Below are positions 23,342 through 33,606 of a DNA stretch of 53,457 nucleotides, piece after piece. The stretch lies in IMG/VR virus record IMGVR_UViG_3300017971_000064, one strand, 5' to 3'. A program made the position numbers and the translations under genes. Each line of letters opens with the position of its first letter. Position 1 is the first letter of the stretch. This stretch comes from a virus. The notes beneath the pieces were generated by a model. It did not search any database. It worked only from the letters and a program-made list of their open reading frames with translations, and had not been told where the DNA came from.

Positions 23342-25699
23342 TTACTCCCTGGTTGCTATTTTTTCTGTTTCTGACATGTTATCTTCTGCTAAACTTAACT
23401 CTTTTAGTCCTCCTACTGTCGGATTTACTGCTGCAGTTGTATTGTCTTTTCCATTTCCTGCTACAAATTGTCTTTGTAGGGCAGCTATGTTTTCCGGGAT
23501 GAGGCTAATGTCGCTGGGAATGTCTAGTAATATTCCTAACTGTATTCTTTTTTTATAAGGAACGTCTTCTCCTTGTTTAGCTAATGCGTCCATAGTTTTT
23601 TCTTGTATTTGTTGATATAGTTGAGGATAGACTGCTTGTACTGCTTCTACCTTTTCCCTAGTTAGACTGTTTGTTTCTAGGTCTTTTAGTATACTTAGGG
23701 GCTCCTCTATCGCCTCTAAATATCTCTCGAATTTAGCTACTTCTAGGCTTGAGGGTACGTATTTAGGTTTTAATATGTCTAATGCTCCTCTATTTGAAAC
23801 TTGTCTAGGTAGTTTTGACTGTAAAAAGTTAGATGCGGCTGTAGCTACCTGTTGAATATAAGCTGCAGTTTGTGGGGCAGCTTTAGAGAATCTTAAAGTA
23901 TTTATTGTTATTCTTTCTAGCATCTTTTCAGGATTGCCAGAAAGTTCTTCTAGATTTGTGTACAAGTTTTGAATGGCTTCTTTTTTGTCTTTAGGTTTCT
24001 TTTTAAGATCTTTTTTTGCAAACGTAGACTTTGCAAGTATATTAAAAGAAGTAGGTTTAGCTGCGGCTCTCGTCTTTTCGGACATGAACTTGGCTATCGA
24101 GGATCCTATATTTTTTGATACCTTTTGATTAGCTTTTTCTACGGAGCTTAGTACTTGAAGTTTTCTTCGTAAATCAGATTCTAAGAACTTTTTAGCTCCT
24201 ATTAAGGCTGCCCCTTTTGTAAGTACATTTCCTGCTCCCATTGCTCCGGCGGTTCCTAGAATAACGTCTGCAAATAGATAGTCTTTTAAGCTTCCAAAAG
24301 TTTGTTTTGCAGCCTCTCTGGCGGATTTTTTTTCTAAAAACTTAGTCATTTCTACGGCAGTTCCGTAGTCTAGATTGGCTTTTTTAAGAGCGGAGGATAG
24401 TTCTTTATTTATCGGGTCTAGATTGTCTGCTACGTTAAATAGTTCGTTTCTAAAGGACTTAGAAAGCTCTCTATTTATTTCATTTTCAAATGGGAGTGCT
24501 CCTCCGTATCCGTATTTAGAGTTTTTTTGAAATTCTGTTTTAAATCTTCTAAGATCTTTTGCTGTAATTCTGCCTTCTTGTTTTCCAAACTCTTGGAGCA
24601 TGCGGACTTGACGATCTAGCAAGCTTTTGTTTCTTTTTGATGTGAGTGAGATGCTGTCAGACGGGATTAGCTCATCTAGTTGACGTACCATGCGTTGTGA
24701 AAATTCTTGTTTAGTTGGGAGCGCGGCTACATAATCTTCTGCTACGTCATCTATTTTAGAGACAATGTTGTCTATCTCTTCGCCTATGCTAGTAATTTGA
24801 TCTTTTGACTTTGAGTATACTTCCTCTATTCCGTCAGTTACTTTTATCCCTGCACGCTTTTGAAGAAAATTGGCTCCGTTTTCGTATACTTCTGGACGAA
24901 GATTTTTTATTTTTCCTCTAGCTACTGGAGTACTTCCTGCGAGTGTCCACGCGGCTTCATTGGGATTGGAAAACTCTTTAATTTTTTTCTTTGCGTATCC
25001 TACTACCTTTCCTTTCTTTACTACCGGAACGAGTGCTCCTGCAGTTCCGATAGCTCCTCCTACAGCTCCTGCTAATATGGCTCCAGGTCCTAGGGTTGCA
25101 ATTAGATTTTCTGCATTAAAGTCGGCTTCTCCTAAAGCATCCTCGCTAATAAGCTGACCTGTAGTATAGAAGGTAGACTCTACTGCGGCACCTGCTGCCT
25201 GGGGGACGGATTTTTCTAAGATTTTTTTAGCTAAAGACTTGGATGCGCCTTCTTTTAGTAACTTTGATACGCCTTTTGCTGCCAGATTTTCTGCTACTCG
25301 ACCGGTTGCTCCAGCTGCTCTTATTCCGGCACCTGCTGCTCCGGTGATTCCACCGCTGAGTAGAGCAGAACCGGCTATAGCGCCTAGCTCTCCAGCTACT
25401 GAAGCTTCTGGGTTTCTATTTTTTAATTCTCGTAAAGTTTTTTCTTCTACTAGTCCACTTTTTGTCAAAGCTTGGTCTGATACTCCAAATGTTAAACCTC
25501 TTGCTGCACCGGCTGCTGCTGCTGTTAGAGGACTGTCTCCGTATTCTTGCTCGTTTAAAGCTTCTTCTGAGGCTAATGCGGCTTCTTCGTCTGTTAATAT
25601 TCCGGAGTTTGGATTATTTTCATCTAAATCTGAGATAGGTTCTTCTAGTCCCTCTAGATTTAATTTGGAAATGTCTATGGATTTATCTTTTTCCGCCAT
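23342..25699 (-). CDS. Large internal virion or ejection-type protein (785 aa) with Gly/Ala zipper segments
   Basis: Membrane-active-looking stretches GELGAIAGSALLSGGITGAAGAGIRAAGATG and LGPGAILAGAVGGAIGTAGALVPVV. Its position after the nozzle candidate parallels T7 gp14-16. Confidence 0.5.
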   Translation of the reverse strand: MAEKDKSIDISKLNLEGLEEPISDLDENNPNSGILTDEEAALASEEALNEQEYGDSPLTAAAAGAARGLTFGVSDQALTKSGLVEEKTLRELKNRNPEASVAGELGAIAGSALLSGGITGAAGAGIRAAGATGRVAENLAAKGVSKLLKEGASKSLAKKILEKSVPQAAGAAVESTFYTTGQLISEDALGEADFNAENLIATLGPGAILAGAVGGAIGTAGALVPVVKKGKVVGYAKKKIKEFSNPNEAAWTLAGSTPVARGKIKNLRPEVYENGANFLQKRAGIKVTDGIEEVYSKSKDQITSIGEEIDNIVSKIDDVAEDYVAALPTKQEFSQRMVRQLDELIPSDSISLTSKRNKSLLDRQVRMLQEFGKQEGRITAKDLRRFKTEFQKNSKYGYGGALPFENEINRELSKSFRNELFNVADNLDPINKELSSALKKANLDYGTAVEMTKFLEKKSAREAAKQTFGSLKDYLFADVILGTAGAMGAGNVLTKGAALIGAKKFLESDLRRKLQVLSSVEKANQKVSKNIGSSIAKFMSEKTRAAAKPTSFNILAKSTFAKKDLKKKPKDKKEAIQNLYTNLEELSGNPEKMLERITINTLRFSKAAPQTAAYIQQVATAASNFLQSKLPRQVSNRGALDILKPKYVPSSLEVAKFERYLEAIEEPLSILKDLETNSLTREKVEAVQAVYPQLYQQIQEKTMDALAKQGEDVPYKKRIQLGILLDIPSDISLIPENIAALQRQFVAGNGKDNTTAAVNPTVGGLKELSLAEDNMSETEKIATRE

Positions 25700-25709
25700 T
25701 TTTCCGCCG

Positions 25710-27317
25710 CTATTCCGCCCACTTTCCTAGCTGTTTCAGAGCTCTTTCTGCACTTTGCTTGGATAGTTTTGGGTTATTTTGAATTAATTTTTGAATATTT
25801 CTTTCGTTAACACTGTCTGCACTTGAGGCTTGTAGTACTTTATCTCCTTGCATTATTGGAGGTCTGATTCCAGCATTCTTATACCGTTGATTAATTCTCC
25901 CTTGTAAGTTTTTCATTAGGGAGTTAATTTTTTTAACTTCAGTGTCCTTGAAGATCATTTTGTTAGGATTGCCGATAGTTTCTTTGATGATTTCTAGTTC
26001 TTTTTCTGTTAATGCGCCTGGACCTACGAGGGATAATCGTAATTGACCAATTAGTTGTTGCCTCTGTTGATCAATTAATGCTCTATCTCTTGGATCTAGC
26101 CTGGAGAACTCGCCTGATTTAGCCATAGTGGCTAGTTTGTCTAAATTATCAATGGCTGGCTGAGTCTCGTTTACAAATTTTCTAACATCGACAGCCGCTG
26201 TTTTATTGTCTGCCAGTTGAATACTTCCGTTGGGGAGCCTTACTATACGCTCTCGCTCGTCATCTGAGAGCATGCTTGGATCTATCTGTCCTGTGGCTTG
26301 TTGTCTAAGAATCGCTGCTCTTCGAATTTCTTGCAATTCTGCTTGCTGAAGCATTTGTCGGCGTTGTAGCCGTTGTTGTTCTAGCTGTTCTTTTAATAAT
26401 AATCCTTTTTGCTGCATTTGCTCATTTTTAGATCGGGCTAGCATTTGATCGATTTTTAGTTGAGCTGCTTTAAAGGCATTGTTGGCTACTTGAAGCTTTT
26501 GTTTGTTGTTTAGTTTTTGAGACTCAATGTCTCTGTCAATGGCGCCTTGGATAATGTTTAGGGCATTGTTTTGTCCTCTGCCCATTCCTCCTAGGAATAC
26601 TGCTATCCCTGCCAATATTTTTTCTCCAGTAGACTTATTCTTCCAAAATCGGTCTGGATCTATTTTTGATTGAGATAGTTCGGCTTGTTCTACTCTTTTA
26701 GCTGCTTCTAGTTGCTGTTGTTGAAGATCCTCTAGGTCTTCTTCTTGTACTTTTTGTTGAGCTGCTACCTGAGCATTTTGTGTCTTTATCTGCTCGGCTT
26801 CTCTTTCTACATCTGCTACAGATGGAGTGGTTTGCTCTTGTAGAGTTTCCATGTTTACCGGAATATTTTCTTTTACTGCCTGCTCTTCTGTAGTTTGTGC
26901 TTCCTGTAGTAAAGCTTCTTTTTCCGGATCTGTAGGTAGGGAGATTCCAAGCGCCTCTGCTCGGTTCTTTCTTTGGATGTATTCTCCAAGACTTTCTTGA
27001 GCGGCTGCCCTTTGATCTTCTTGTTTTTCTAGTTCTTTTTCTTGCTTTCTTTGGGCTTCTAGTTTTTCATTTTCTAATGCCTGTATAGCGGCTTCCTCAG
27101 CAATTCCTTCTGCATCTCTATTTCCTGGAATAGACTTTAATCTCTTTAAATTTTGTTTTTTAAGTTTTTCAAACTTCTTTTGTTCTTCTGTAGGCTCAAG
27201 AGCAGCTTGGGTTTCTAATTGAGCTTCTTCCGTAGACGGAAGTGGAACTTGCTGCTGCTGTCCTAAAACATCGTCGGCAATGTTTTTCGCCGGATTATTA
27301 TTATTTTCTTCCGCCAT
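25710..27317 (-). CDS. Gln/Glu-rich coiled-coil internal virion or ejection-type protein (535 aa)
   Basis: Long Q/E/A/K heptad regions plus one hydrophobic segment, KILAGIAVFLGGMG. Assigned by context. Confidence 0.45.
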   Translation of the reverse strand: MAEENNNNPAKNIADDVLGQQQQVPLPSTEEAQLETQAALEPTEEQKKFEKLKKQNLKRLKSIPGNRDAEGIAEEAAIQALENEKLEAQRKQEKELEKQEDQRAAAQESLGEYIQRKNRAEALGISLPTDPEKEALLQEAQTTEEQAVKENIPVNMETLQEQTTPSVADVEREAEQIKTQNAQVAAQQKVQEEDLEDLQQQQLEAAKRVEQAELSQSKIDPDRFWKNKSTGEKILAGIAVFLGGMGRGQNNALNIIQGAIDRDIESQKLNNKQKLQVANNAFKAAQLKIDQMLARSKNEQMQQKGLLLKEQLEQQRLQRRQMLQQAELQEIRRAAILRQQATGQIDPSMLSDDERERIVRLPNGSIQLADNKTAAVDVRKFVNETQPAIDNLDKLATMAKSGEFSRLDPRDRALIDQQRQQLIGQLRLSLVGPGALTEKELEIIKETIGNPNKMIFKDTEVKKINSLMKNLQGRINQRYKNAGIRPPIMQGDKVLQASSADSVNERNIQKLIQNNPKLSKQSAERALKQLGKWAE

Positions 27318-27326
27318 ATGTCCGTC

Positions 27327-28574
27327 CTATTTTTTCTTTTTTTCAAGTTTATTTAATCGTTCATTTAACAAAGCTTGTGCTGCTAATATGGCACCAAATC
27401 CTTTCCCGTAGTCTACTATTTTAGTTCCGGATTCATCTTCGTTTACCATGGATTTTCCAATTGGTCCTGCTTTTTCTAGATCTTGTGCCATTACGGATAC
27501 GTGCTTTCCTTTTCCTGCAAAGGGGTGGTCTTTAAATTCGTCTTTATATTCGTACTCATAAGCAGTCAGCTTATCTAAAAATTCTTTTTTTAGTTTAGAC
27601 TTGTCTTTTTTACTCATACTGTCGGAAAGCGCTGCTGCAAGACCTGCTAAAGAACTAGCATCTGGTCCAGAGCTTTTGTTGTCTTTTTTACCCTCTTCTA
27701 CTTTTTTACTAGCTTGCTCTAAAAATTTACTCGGATCTATGCTGTTAGAAGAGCTTAATTCTTTTTTATCTTTTTTAGTTTCTTCACTAGATAGAGCCTT
27801 TGCCATAGATTTGCTGGAAGCTTTTTTTATTTTAGTCTTAGAATTTTTGTCAGAACGCATGAGGGCAATGGCAGATCCAAGACCTTGACCTGCTTGTCCG
27901 ATCATCCCTTGTCTTCTCTGTGCTGCGCCTTCGAAACCGGATGCGGAAAGACCTTGAACGGCTAGATGTTGTTGGGTTTTTGCAGTTTCTAAATCTTGTT
28001 GTGCCTGTTGCCTTGCTTGTTGTATATTAAAGCCCATGTTCATGTACTGTGCAACGGCGTTGTTATATAGTTGAGTATCTGCTTGAGTTGCTTGAGCTAG
28101 CATTTGTTGAGCTTGTTGTTGTTCTTGTATTCTAGCCTGACCGGCTTCTTGAGCAATTTGTTGTCCTGAGGCAGCTTGTTGTTGAGCTAATTGTCGTGCT
28201 AATGCCGCTTGATTTCCCCCTCTGCGCTGTTGGGCAGCGGCTAGTTGCTGTGCGAGAGATCTGTCTTGGGCTGCTTTCATTTGAGCTTCTGCTAGTGATG
28301 GACCCTCGCCTCTAGATTGTTCTTCAAGTTGAGTAATTAGTCGAGATCTTTGTTCGGCGGCTTGTTTAGATCTGGATCTAGCTAGGGCTTCTTCTTTTCC
28401 TGCTCTCTTTGCTGCAGATTTTGCTCCTTCAATTTGGAAGGCTCCGCTTCTAATATTTCTTCCCGAGCCTTGAAATCGTCCAGTTCCGAGTGCTCCGGGA
28501 CTTCCTCCGCCTCCTAAAAATGTTCCAGCTACTTTTTTAGCGGCTCCGGTAACCTTTTTTACTGCTGATCCCAT
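27327..28574 (-). CDS. Gln/Ala-rich coiled-coil protein (415 aa) ending in an S74-type intramolecular chaperone (auto-cleaving) domain
   Basis: The C-terminus LSDSMSKKDKSKLKKEFLDKLTAYEYEYKDEF...HVSVMAQDLEKAGPIGKSMVNEDESGTKIVDYGKGFGAILAAQALLNERLNKLE fits the endosialidase-chaperone pattern (SD..K..I..L....Y.Y......iG.iAQ....P..V....dG...vdY..l......A.qeL). Confidence 0.6.
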   Translation of the reverse strand: MGSAVKKVTGAAKKVAGTFLGGGGSPGALGTGRFQGSGRNIRSGAFQIEGAKSAAKRAGKEEALARSRSKQAAEQRSRLITQLEEQSRGEGPSLAEAQMKAAQDRSLAQQLAAAQQRRGGNQAALARQLAQQQAASGQQIAQEAGQARIQEQQQAQQMLAQATQADTQLYNNAVAQYMNMGFNIQQARQQAQQDLETAKTQQHLAVQGLSASGFEGAAQRRQGMIGQAGQGLGSAIALMRSDKNSKTKIKKASSKSMAKALSSEETKKDKKELSSSNSIDPSKFLEQASKKVEEGKKDNKSSGPDASSLAGLAAALSDSMSKKDKSKLKKEFLDKLTAYEYEYKDEFKDHPFAGKGKHVSVMAQDLEKAGPIGKSMVNEDESGTKIVDYGKGFGAILAAQALLNERLNKLEKKKK

Positions 28575-28906
28575 TATTTGATCTCCTTAATAAAGTATAT
28601 CATATTTTCCTCGCAATGACTAAGCTTAAATCCATATGCTAGTAGCACTTTTACACTTGCTGTTGCACCTTTGGCTTCGGTACATACTGATCCATATAAT
28701 TTATTTAGTCCTCTTTCTTTCGCCATTAACGCTATTTTGTCCGCGTATTTACTGGCATGACCTTCTTTTCGTTTTTCCTTGACTACGAAAATTTCATCTA
28801 TGTAGGCATGGTCATCTCCGAAGATACAGCTGGCGAATCCGTATTCGTCTTCTATTACAGCTGCTCCTTCTCTTTCTTCTCTATATTGGGCATAAAGAGA
28901 TTTCAT
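28574..28906 (-). CDS. Minimal GNAT-family N-acetyltransferase (110 aa) embedded in the structural operon
   Basis: Acetyl-CoA motif A region IFVVKEKRKEGHASKYADKIALMAKERG. TAATG overlap couples it to the downstream 415-aa gene. Confidence 0.6.
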   Translation of the reverse strand: MKSLYAQYREEREGAAVIEDEYGFASCIFGDDHAYIDEIFVVKEKRKEGHASKYADKIALMAKERGLNKLYGSVCTEAKGATASVKVLLAYGFKLSHCEENMIYFIKEIK

Positions 28907-28914
28907 TTACTCTC

Positions 28915-31863
28915 CTAGTTGGTTCCGTAGTGTCTTCCTACGTCTAACTTATTTAATGTGTCTTTTAGTCCAACTTCGAATGCGATGTTAGATAGGGACA
29001 GTCCTTCTCCAACTTCCGAATCCTGAATTTCTTGGATTTGTATTTTTATAGCTTGACACTTTTGCCTCTTAAAGTCAATTCTAAATTGGTATAAATTTCC
29101 GTCTCCTCCAAATGGAGATCCTGAACCATAGGGGCTGTTTTCGCCATATTTAGTGTCATCTGTAAAATCTGCTGTATTTATAATATATTCATCTACAAAG
29201 GCTTCTTTAAAGTCGTAGGCTACTCTTATTCTTAACTTATGCGGACTTTTATACTCTCCGAGTCCTAGCATTTTATAAACTCTCTGGAAGCCTTGGACTC
29301 CTGCTAGAGATATCCAACTGGTCTCTACTAGTAGATTTACAGCGGATCCGTTATCGTCAAACCTAGAGGTATTTTCTTTATACAGAATGCCATCGGGGCG
29401 CAGGTAATAATATTCTGAGTCTATTATTGTTGCAGATAGAGCTCTAAAGTTTGAAAAGGTTGCCCATTGTTGGGTGTAATAATTAAATACTAAACAATTA
29501 TTGTTTCTTGTTGTGAATCGTACTTGGTTATCGTCAGGGATTACTATAGCGGAGGTCACTTCTTCGTCGTTAAATTCTTCTACGTTTGAGCCTAAGTAAG
29601 TGAGACCTAGCCCTCTTGATAGCAAATAAATTCCTTTCTTTGATTTGAACATGATGCCGTCAGGGGTCAGTACCGTACTGTTTGGATCTACGCACCCTAT
29701 TTCAGAACTTATGAGCTGAGGAATAATAAAAGTGTCTTGTTGTCCTAAATTATTGGGACCGTCTCCTGATAGGTAGAAACATGCGTCATCTTTAAAGACC
29801 ACTAGCTTGTCGTCCATTTTTTTGAGTGCGGTTATTCCTCCGCCTACTGAGTCTACTCTGATTGTTAGAATATCGCTAAATTCTACGGGCGCTCCCGAGA
29901 ATCTTATCTTGGAATACTGCAACTTATTGGCGTCTTCTAGCCCTGCAAGAAAGATTCGGTCTTGAAATCCTTCAATAATGCTTGAGGACTCTGCAGCAAT
30001 GTTATCTAATAATCCTCCAGTAGTATAGAGGATTTCATTGGAGATTAGACTTGTATCCGATATTGTTACTTCTATGTCTTGAGTATCTACGGAGCTATCG
30101 TTATACGTGGGCGAGGTTGTGCTTGTTATTTTGTAAAATACTGTTCCTGCGGCTTCTGTTCCGTATAGTTCAATAATAACATCTGATTTTTGAGACAGTC
30201 GTAGTGTTGGAACAGTGATCGTGGCTTTTTGAGTAGCTGTTCCTGCTGAGAACACTGCGGTCTCTGCTACTGAAGGAGCTGATCGATGGATGTTCCCTTT
30301 ATTATCGGTCCATGCGTATACCGCAACGTATTGTCGCTGTCCGTCAGATATATTTCCTCCTGTTGAAGCTGAAGATGAGGATAGGTCTTCTGGAAATACG
30401 TGAAATCCATGTTCTACTACTTGAAGTCCGTCGTACATTTTTAAAATCCCACCAGAGATTAGTAAATTATCTCCTAGTTGAGTATTTTGGTACGGTCGAC
30501 TTAGTTCAAAATTTAGATCTGTAGAATTTACTCCTAAGAGAGAGTAAAATTCTTCCTCTTCTACGGTGTTAGTTCCTTTTATTTGACTTGCTAATAGGAA
30601 GGAAGTTGAGGACTTTGCGGGAGTTTTTGGTAGTCCATTATCTGTTATGTGTCCCCCTCCTAGATTTGGACTTATTTTGGATAAGATGTCCGTATTTTCG
30701 TCTAAAAGGAAGTATCCATTTTGCAATGTACTGGTGTGGACTGCAATTACATAGGCTGTATTATCGTATGTAAATGCTTTTGATGCTAGACCTACACTTC
30801 TTTTCACTTCGGACGCAGTGCCTGTAGTTCCTGCAACGTCAATAGTATTTTTTCTTACAAGATGGTCTTTGTCTGAAGCTGCTGAAACTTGGTAAAATAC
30901 TGTATAATTTCCCGCTGAAGTTTCTGTGGGAGTAATGTTAATTACGTTTGCAATAGTTTCTAAGGAAGTAGCTGCCAAAACTGTTGCTGCTAATGTGAAT
31001 GTTCTTATTAGGAATTTAGCGTCGGTTCCGTCTGAATAAGATACTACAACTCTTTTGGAGCTGTCTAGGTATACTGTTAGAGCATCGGTTGGCGATTCTC
31101 CGGTAATAGTGACTGCTGAGGTAGTCGTTCCGTCTTCTAGTAATGCTAGTAATTTTAATGTTCCGCCTGAGGTAGAGGAGTTATAGCCTATTACTACTTT
31201 AAGATCGGAGCCGTCTACGTCATATTTTTTGTTTGTTCCGTCTAGGTCTGAAAGAACTGTTTGTTCTGCTTCTATTGTAGTTGGAAATAAGGTGTTTATT
31301 TTTCTATATTTAATATCTGTGCCGTCTACGAAGAATATAAATACATCGTTTAGGATATTTGAAACTTTTGGTAAGGAGCCTGCTGCTGAGATTAGTTCGT
31401 TAGATAGGAGCATGTGTCCGTTGACGGAGTCCCTGATAGATACTCTAACTCCAGTTGAGTCTTCGTAGGTGTAAACTTCCAGTCCTTCTACATACAAGCA
31501 GTCTAAGTTTGACTGTTCTCTATCATTACGTAGAATTTTTCTGGATGTGGGATATACTGAAAATACTTTTCCTTTATTAGTCCAGGCATTTACTGACTCG
31601 GAGTATGTGTGAAAAGCGTCGTCTGTGAATAATCCTAGCTCGTTGTTGTAGTTGGTTAAGAATTCTGCGCCTGATATGCTGCTTCCTTCTAAGGTTTTTA
31701 TATCTACACTTTCGAAGCCGGTTCTCTTAAGAAGTTGTCTGGGAGAGTCGAATACTGCGTTTTCTAGGCGCTCTATGCTTCCTACTTCTTCCTGTTTACC
31801 ATCTGTTTTGGTGTCTATGCCTCTGACAAACGGTACAGATAATTTTGATTTAACTAAAGCCAC
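28915..31863 (-). CDS. Large tail or nozzle protein (982 aa), tail tubular protein B-like by position
   Basis: Largest structural ORF. It lies between adaptor or fibre-like genes and the ejection proteins, as in T7-type gene order. No motif verified. Confidence 0.45.
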   Translation of the reverse strand: MALVKSKLSVPFVRGIDTKTDGKQEEVGSIERLENAVFDSPRQLLKRTGFESVDIKTLEGSSISGAEFLTNYNNELGLFTDDAFHTYSESVNAWTNKGKVFSVYPTSRKILRNDREQSNLDCLYVEGLEVYTYEDSTGVRVSIRDSVNGHMLLSNELISAAGSLPKVSNILNDVFIFFVDGTDIKYRKINTLFPTTIEAEQTVLSDLDGTNKKYDVDGSDLKVVIGYNSSTSGGTLKLLALLEDGTTTSAVTITGESPTDALTVYLDSSKRVVVSYSDGTDAKFLIRTFTLAATVLAATSLETIANVINITPTETSAGNYTVFYQVSAASDKDHLVRKNTIDVAGTTGTASEVKRSVGLASKAFTYDNTAYVIAVHTSTLQNGYFLLDENTDILSKISPNLGGGHITDNGLPKTPAKSSTSFLLASQIKGTNTVEEEEFYSLLGVNSTDLNFELSRPYQNTQLGDNLLISGGILKMYDGLQVVEHGFHVFPEDLSSSSASTGGNISDGQRQYVAVYAWTDNKGNIHRSAPSVAETAVFSAGTATQKATITVPTLRLSQKSDVIIELYGTEAAGTVFYKITSTTSPTYNDSSVDTQDIEVTISDTSLISNEILYTTGGLLDNIAAESSSIIEGFQDRIFLAGLEDANKLQYSKIRFSGAPVEFSDILTIRVDSVGGGITALKKMDDKLVVFKDDACFYLSGDGPNNLGQQDTFIIPQLISSEIGCVDPNSTVLTPDGIMFKSKKGIYLLSRGLGLTYLGSNVEEFNDEEVTSAIVIPDDNQVRFTTRNNNCLVFNYYTQQWATFSNFRALSATIIDSEYYYLRPDGILYKENTSRFDDNGSAVNLLVETSWISLAGVQGFQRVYKMLGLGEYKSPHKLRIRVAYDFKEAFVDEYIINTADFTDDTKYGENSPYGSGSPFGGDGNLYQFRIDFKRQKCQAIKIQIQEIQDSEVGEGLSLSNIAFEVGLKDTLNKLDVGRHYGTN

Positions 31864-31872
31864 GATGTGTCC

Positions 31873-32541
31873 TTAAGATATGTACCATGCGGAGTTTCCA
31901 TCTCCGATTATGGTCCATGATCCGTAGTCTGAGTCTAGAACTTGGGAGCTTCCTCCGTCTACAGTATCTGATCCTTGGGTAACTACGGTAATATTGTTTG
32001 AATTTGCCTGCCCGTCTTTGTCTTTTACTATATAAATTCGTCCCGCTGAGACTCCGCTGGCTAGTGGTAGAGTAATTTGTCTAGAGGCGGTAGTGTCTAT
32101 TGTCATATATACAAAAGTATCTGCTGGAGCGATTATCAGATCTGCTGATACGTCTTGGAGCTCAAATATTTGGGCATTGCCTGGAGAAGAAACGATTGAG
32201 CCGCCGCTTGTTAGCTGTATCGCGGTTCCAGATCCATTAGTGAAGTATAGGTTGCCGTTAAATACGGAAACTCCTCTGGCATACGTAGCTCCGGTTGGAG
32301 AGGATGTTCTGTTTACGAATGTGACTGCTTCTAGGGTGGTGGCTTGATTTGAGTTAAAACTTAGGCTAGCATCTATATTTAGCCCGGCTGTTGGGATTTG
32401 TTTACCCTTGCCTGAGGTGTGGTCGTGTGCATCAATTGTTTCAAATGCTGTTACAATGTCCGATGCCCATGTTGGACCTAGCCGGACTGTTGGGACGGGT
32501 AGGGTTAGGTTTATGAAAGTAGTGGTAGTAGTTTCTGCCAT
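31873..32541 (-). CDS. Tail fibre-like protein (222 aa) with the same C-terminal knob as 21090..22172
   Basis: N-terminus W...IDAHDHTSGKG...GLNI. C-terminus ITLPLASGVSAGRIYIVKDKDGQANSNNITVV...VDGGSSQVLDSDYGSWTIIGDGNSAWYIS. Confidence 0.6.
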   Translation of the reverse strand: MAETTTTTFINLTLPVPTVRLGPTWASDIVTAFETIDAHDHTSGKGKQIPTAGLNIDASLSFNSNQATTLEAVTFVNRTSSPTGATYARGVSVFNGNLYFTNGSGTAIQLTSGGSIVSSPGNAQIFELQDVSADLIIAPADTFVYMTIDTTASRQITLPLASGVSAGRIYIVKDKDGQANSNNITVVTQGSDTVDGGSSQVLDSDYGSWTIIGDGNSAWYIS

Positions 32542-32550
32542 GTTATATCC

Positions 32551-32871
32551 TTAAAAAATCCATAAATCTACGGTTATTGCGTGTGATGCTACTAGGGCTA
32601 GTGTGGTAGTCGGATTTTGGTTGCTGTTTTGAACATCCCAAATTCTGGCGTCCGCGGGTTTTCTTACTACTATCCATCCTAATGGCTTTCTTCCTAGTTT
32701 ATGCTGCACTAGAGTCACTGTTGTGGGGTCTAGGCAGGCATCTTTTATTAATACTCCGTCGACTATGGGCGAGTTTATTATCGGATTTATTGCTTGCTCG
32801 ACGTTCTTTTGTACTTGATTTAGATCATTGTCTTTGGTCAAGATTTTTTTGAATCTAGCCAGATATCCCAT
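32551..32871 (-). CDS. Small tail-associated protein (106 aa)
   Basis: Motif VQHKLGRKPLGWIVV. Always adjacent to the fibre-like gene here. Assigned by context only. Confidence 0.45.
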   Translation of the reverse strand: MGYLARFKKILTKDNDLNQVQKNVEQAINPIINSPIVDGVLIKDACLDPTTVTLVQHKLGRKPLGWIVVRKPADARIWDVQNSNQNPTTTLALVASHAITVDLWIF

Positions 32872-32873
32872 CG

Positions 32874-33584
32874 TTAGCTTCTAGTTCTGCCATAGAAGAA
32901 ATCGGAATTTTCTATGTAAATATCTCTAATAGATTCTGAATTTCCTGCGTCTCTATTTTTTGAAGCTTCTTCGATCCGGGTTTTAAGAAAGAGAATTTCG
33001 TTATCTAAGGCAGAGGTGTTGCTTTCTTCTTTTAACATGGCTCGGCGAGCAGCAGAGGCTACTACGTAGTCACTGTAGCCGTTAATGTCATCAAAAGTAT
33101 CGGCGTCTAAAGTCAGTTTCGTAAAGTTCGGAATGTACCATAGGCGTACCGATATTGCTGAATCTGGGGCTGGAGAGAATTTTAATGTTGAGCCTATAAT
33201 GTTATAGCGAACATTTGTAATTCCTACGTAGTCCCAGACTCCAAAATTTTGAAACCGGTTTCTTTCGTTAAAGTTGAAGCGGTGTAGGGTAAAGTAGTCG
33301 TCTCCATTTAGCTGAGCGTCTACCCCCCTCATTTTGTAAAAATTTCCTGCCGGAATTATTGTAGATAGATCGTATGAATCTGTTCCGCCGGTGGTGGTGA
33401 AGGTTACGCTTGTTGTGTAGTAATCTTCGCCATAGGATTGGATTAGAATATCATGGAGCTCTTGAAGAGCTGAATTTACGTAATAGTTAAATTCGTCGTC
33501 ATCGACAAAATTACTATTTTCCATATCTGCTCGCTGTCTCGCTCTTAAACGTAATTCGGATAGTGTCATTGAAGCCACGAGCAC
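32874..33584 (-). CDS. Head-tail adaptor or tail tubular protein A-like (236 aa)
   Basis: Lies between the capsid genes and the nozzle candidate. N-terminus LSELRLRARQRADMENSNFVDDDEFNYYVNSALQELHD. Position-based call. Confidence 0.35.
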   Translation of the reverse strand: MLVASMTLSELRLRARQRADMENSNFVDDDEFNYYVNSALQELHDILIQSYGEDYYTTSVTFTTTGGTDSYDLSTIIPAGNFYKMRGVDAQLNGDDYFTLHRFNFNERNRFQNFGVWDYVGITNVRYNIIGSTLKFSPAPDSAISVRLWYIPNFTKLTLDADTFDDINGYSDYVVASAARRAMLKEESNTSALDNEILFLKTRIEEASKNRDAGNSESIRDIYIENSDFFYGRTRS

Positions 33585-33606
33585 TCCTTATTTATGTGTT
33601 AAATTT

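Noticed and set aside
23342-25699. Tape measure protein (which would imply a long-tailed phage)
   Set aside because: The Gly/Ala zipper segments resemble tape measure proteins. However, there is no tail tube, sheath, tail-assembly-chaperone frameshift pair or baseplate set. The gene order matches podovirus ejection proteins better. Left as an uncertain call.
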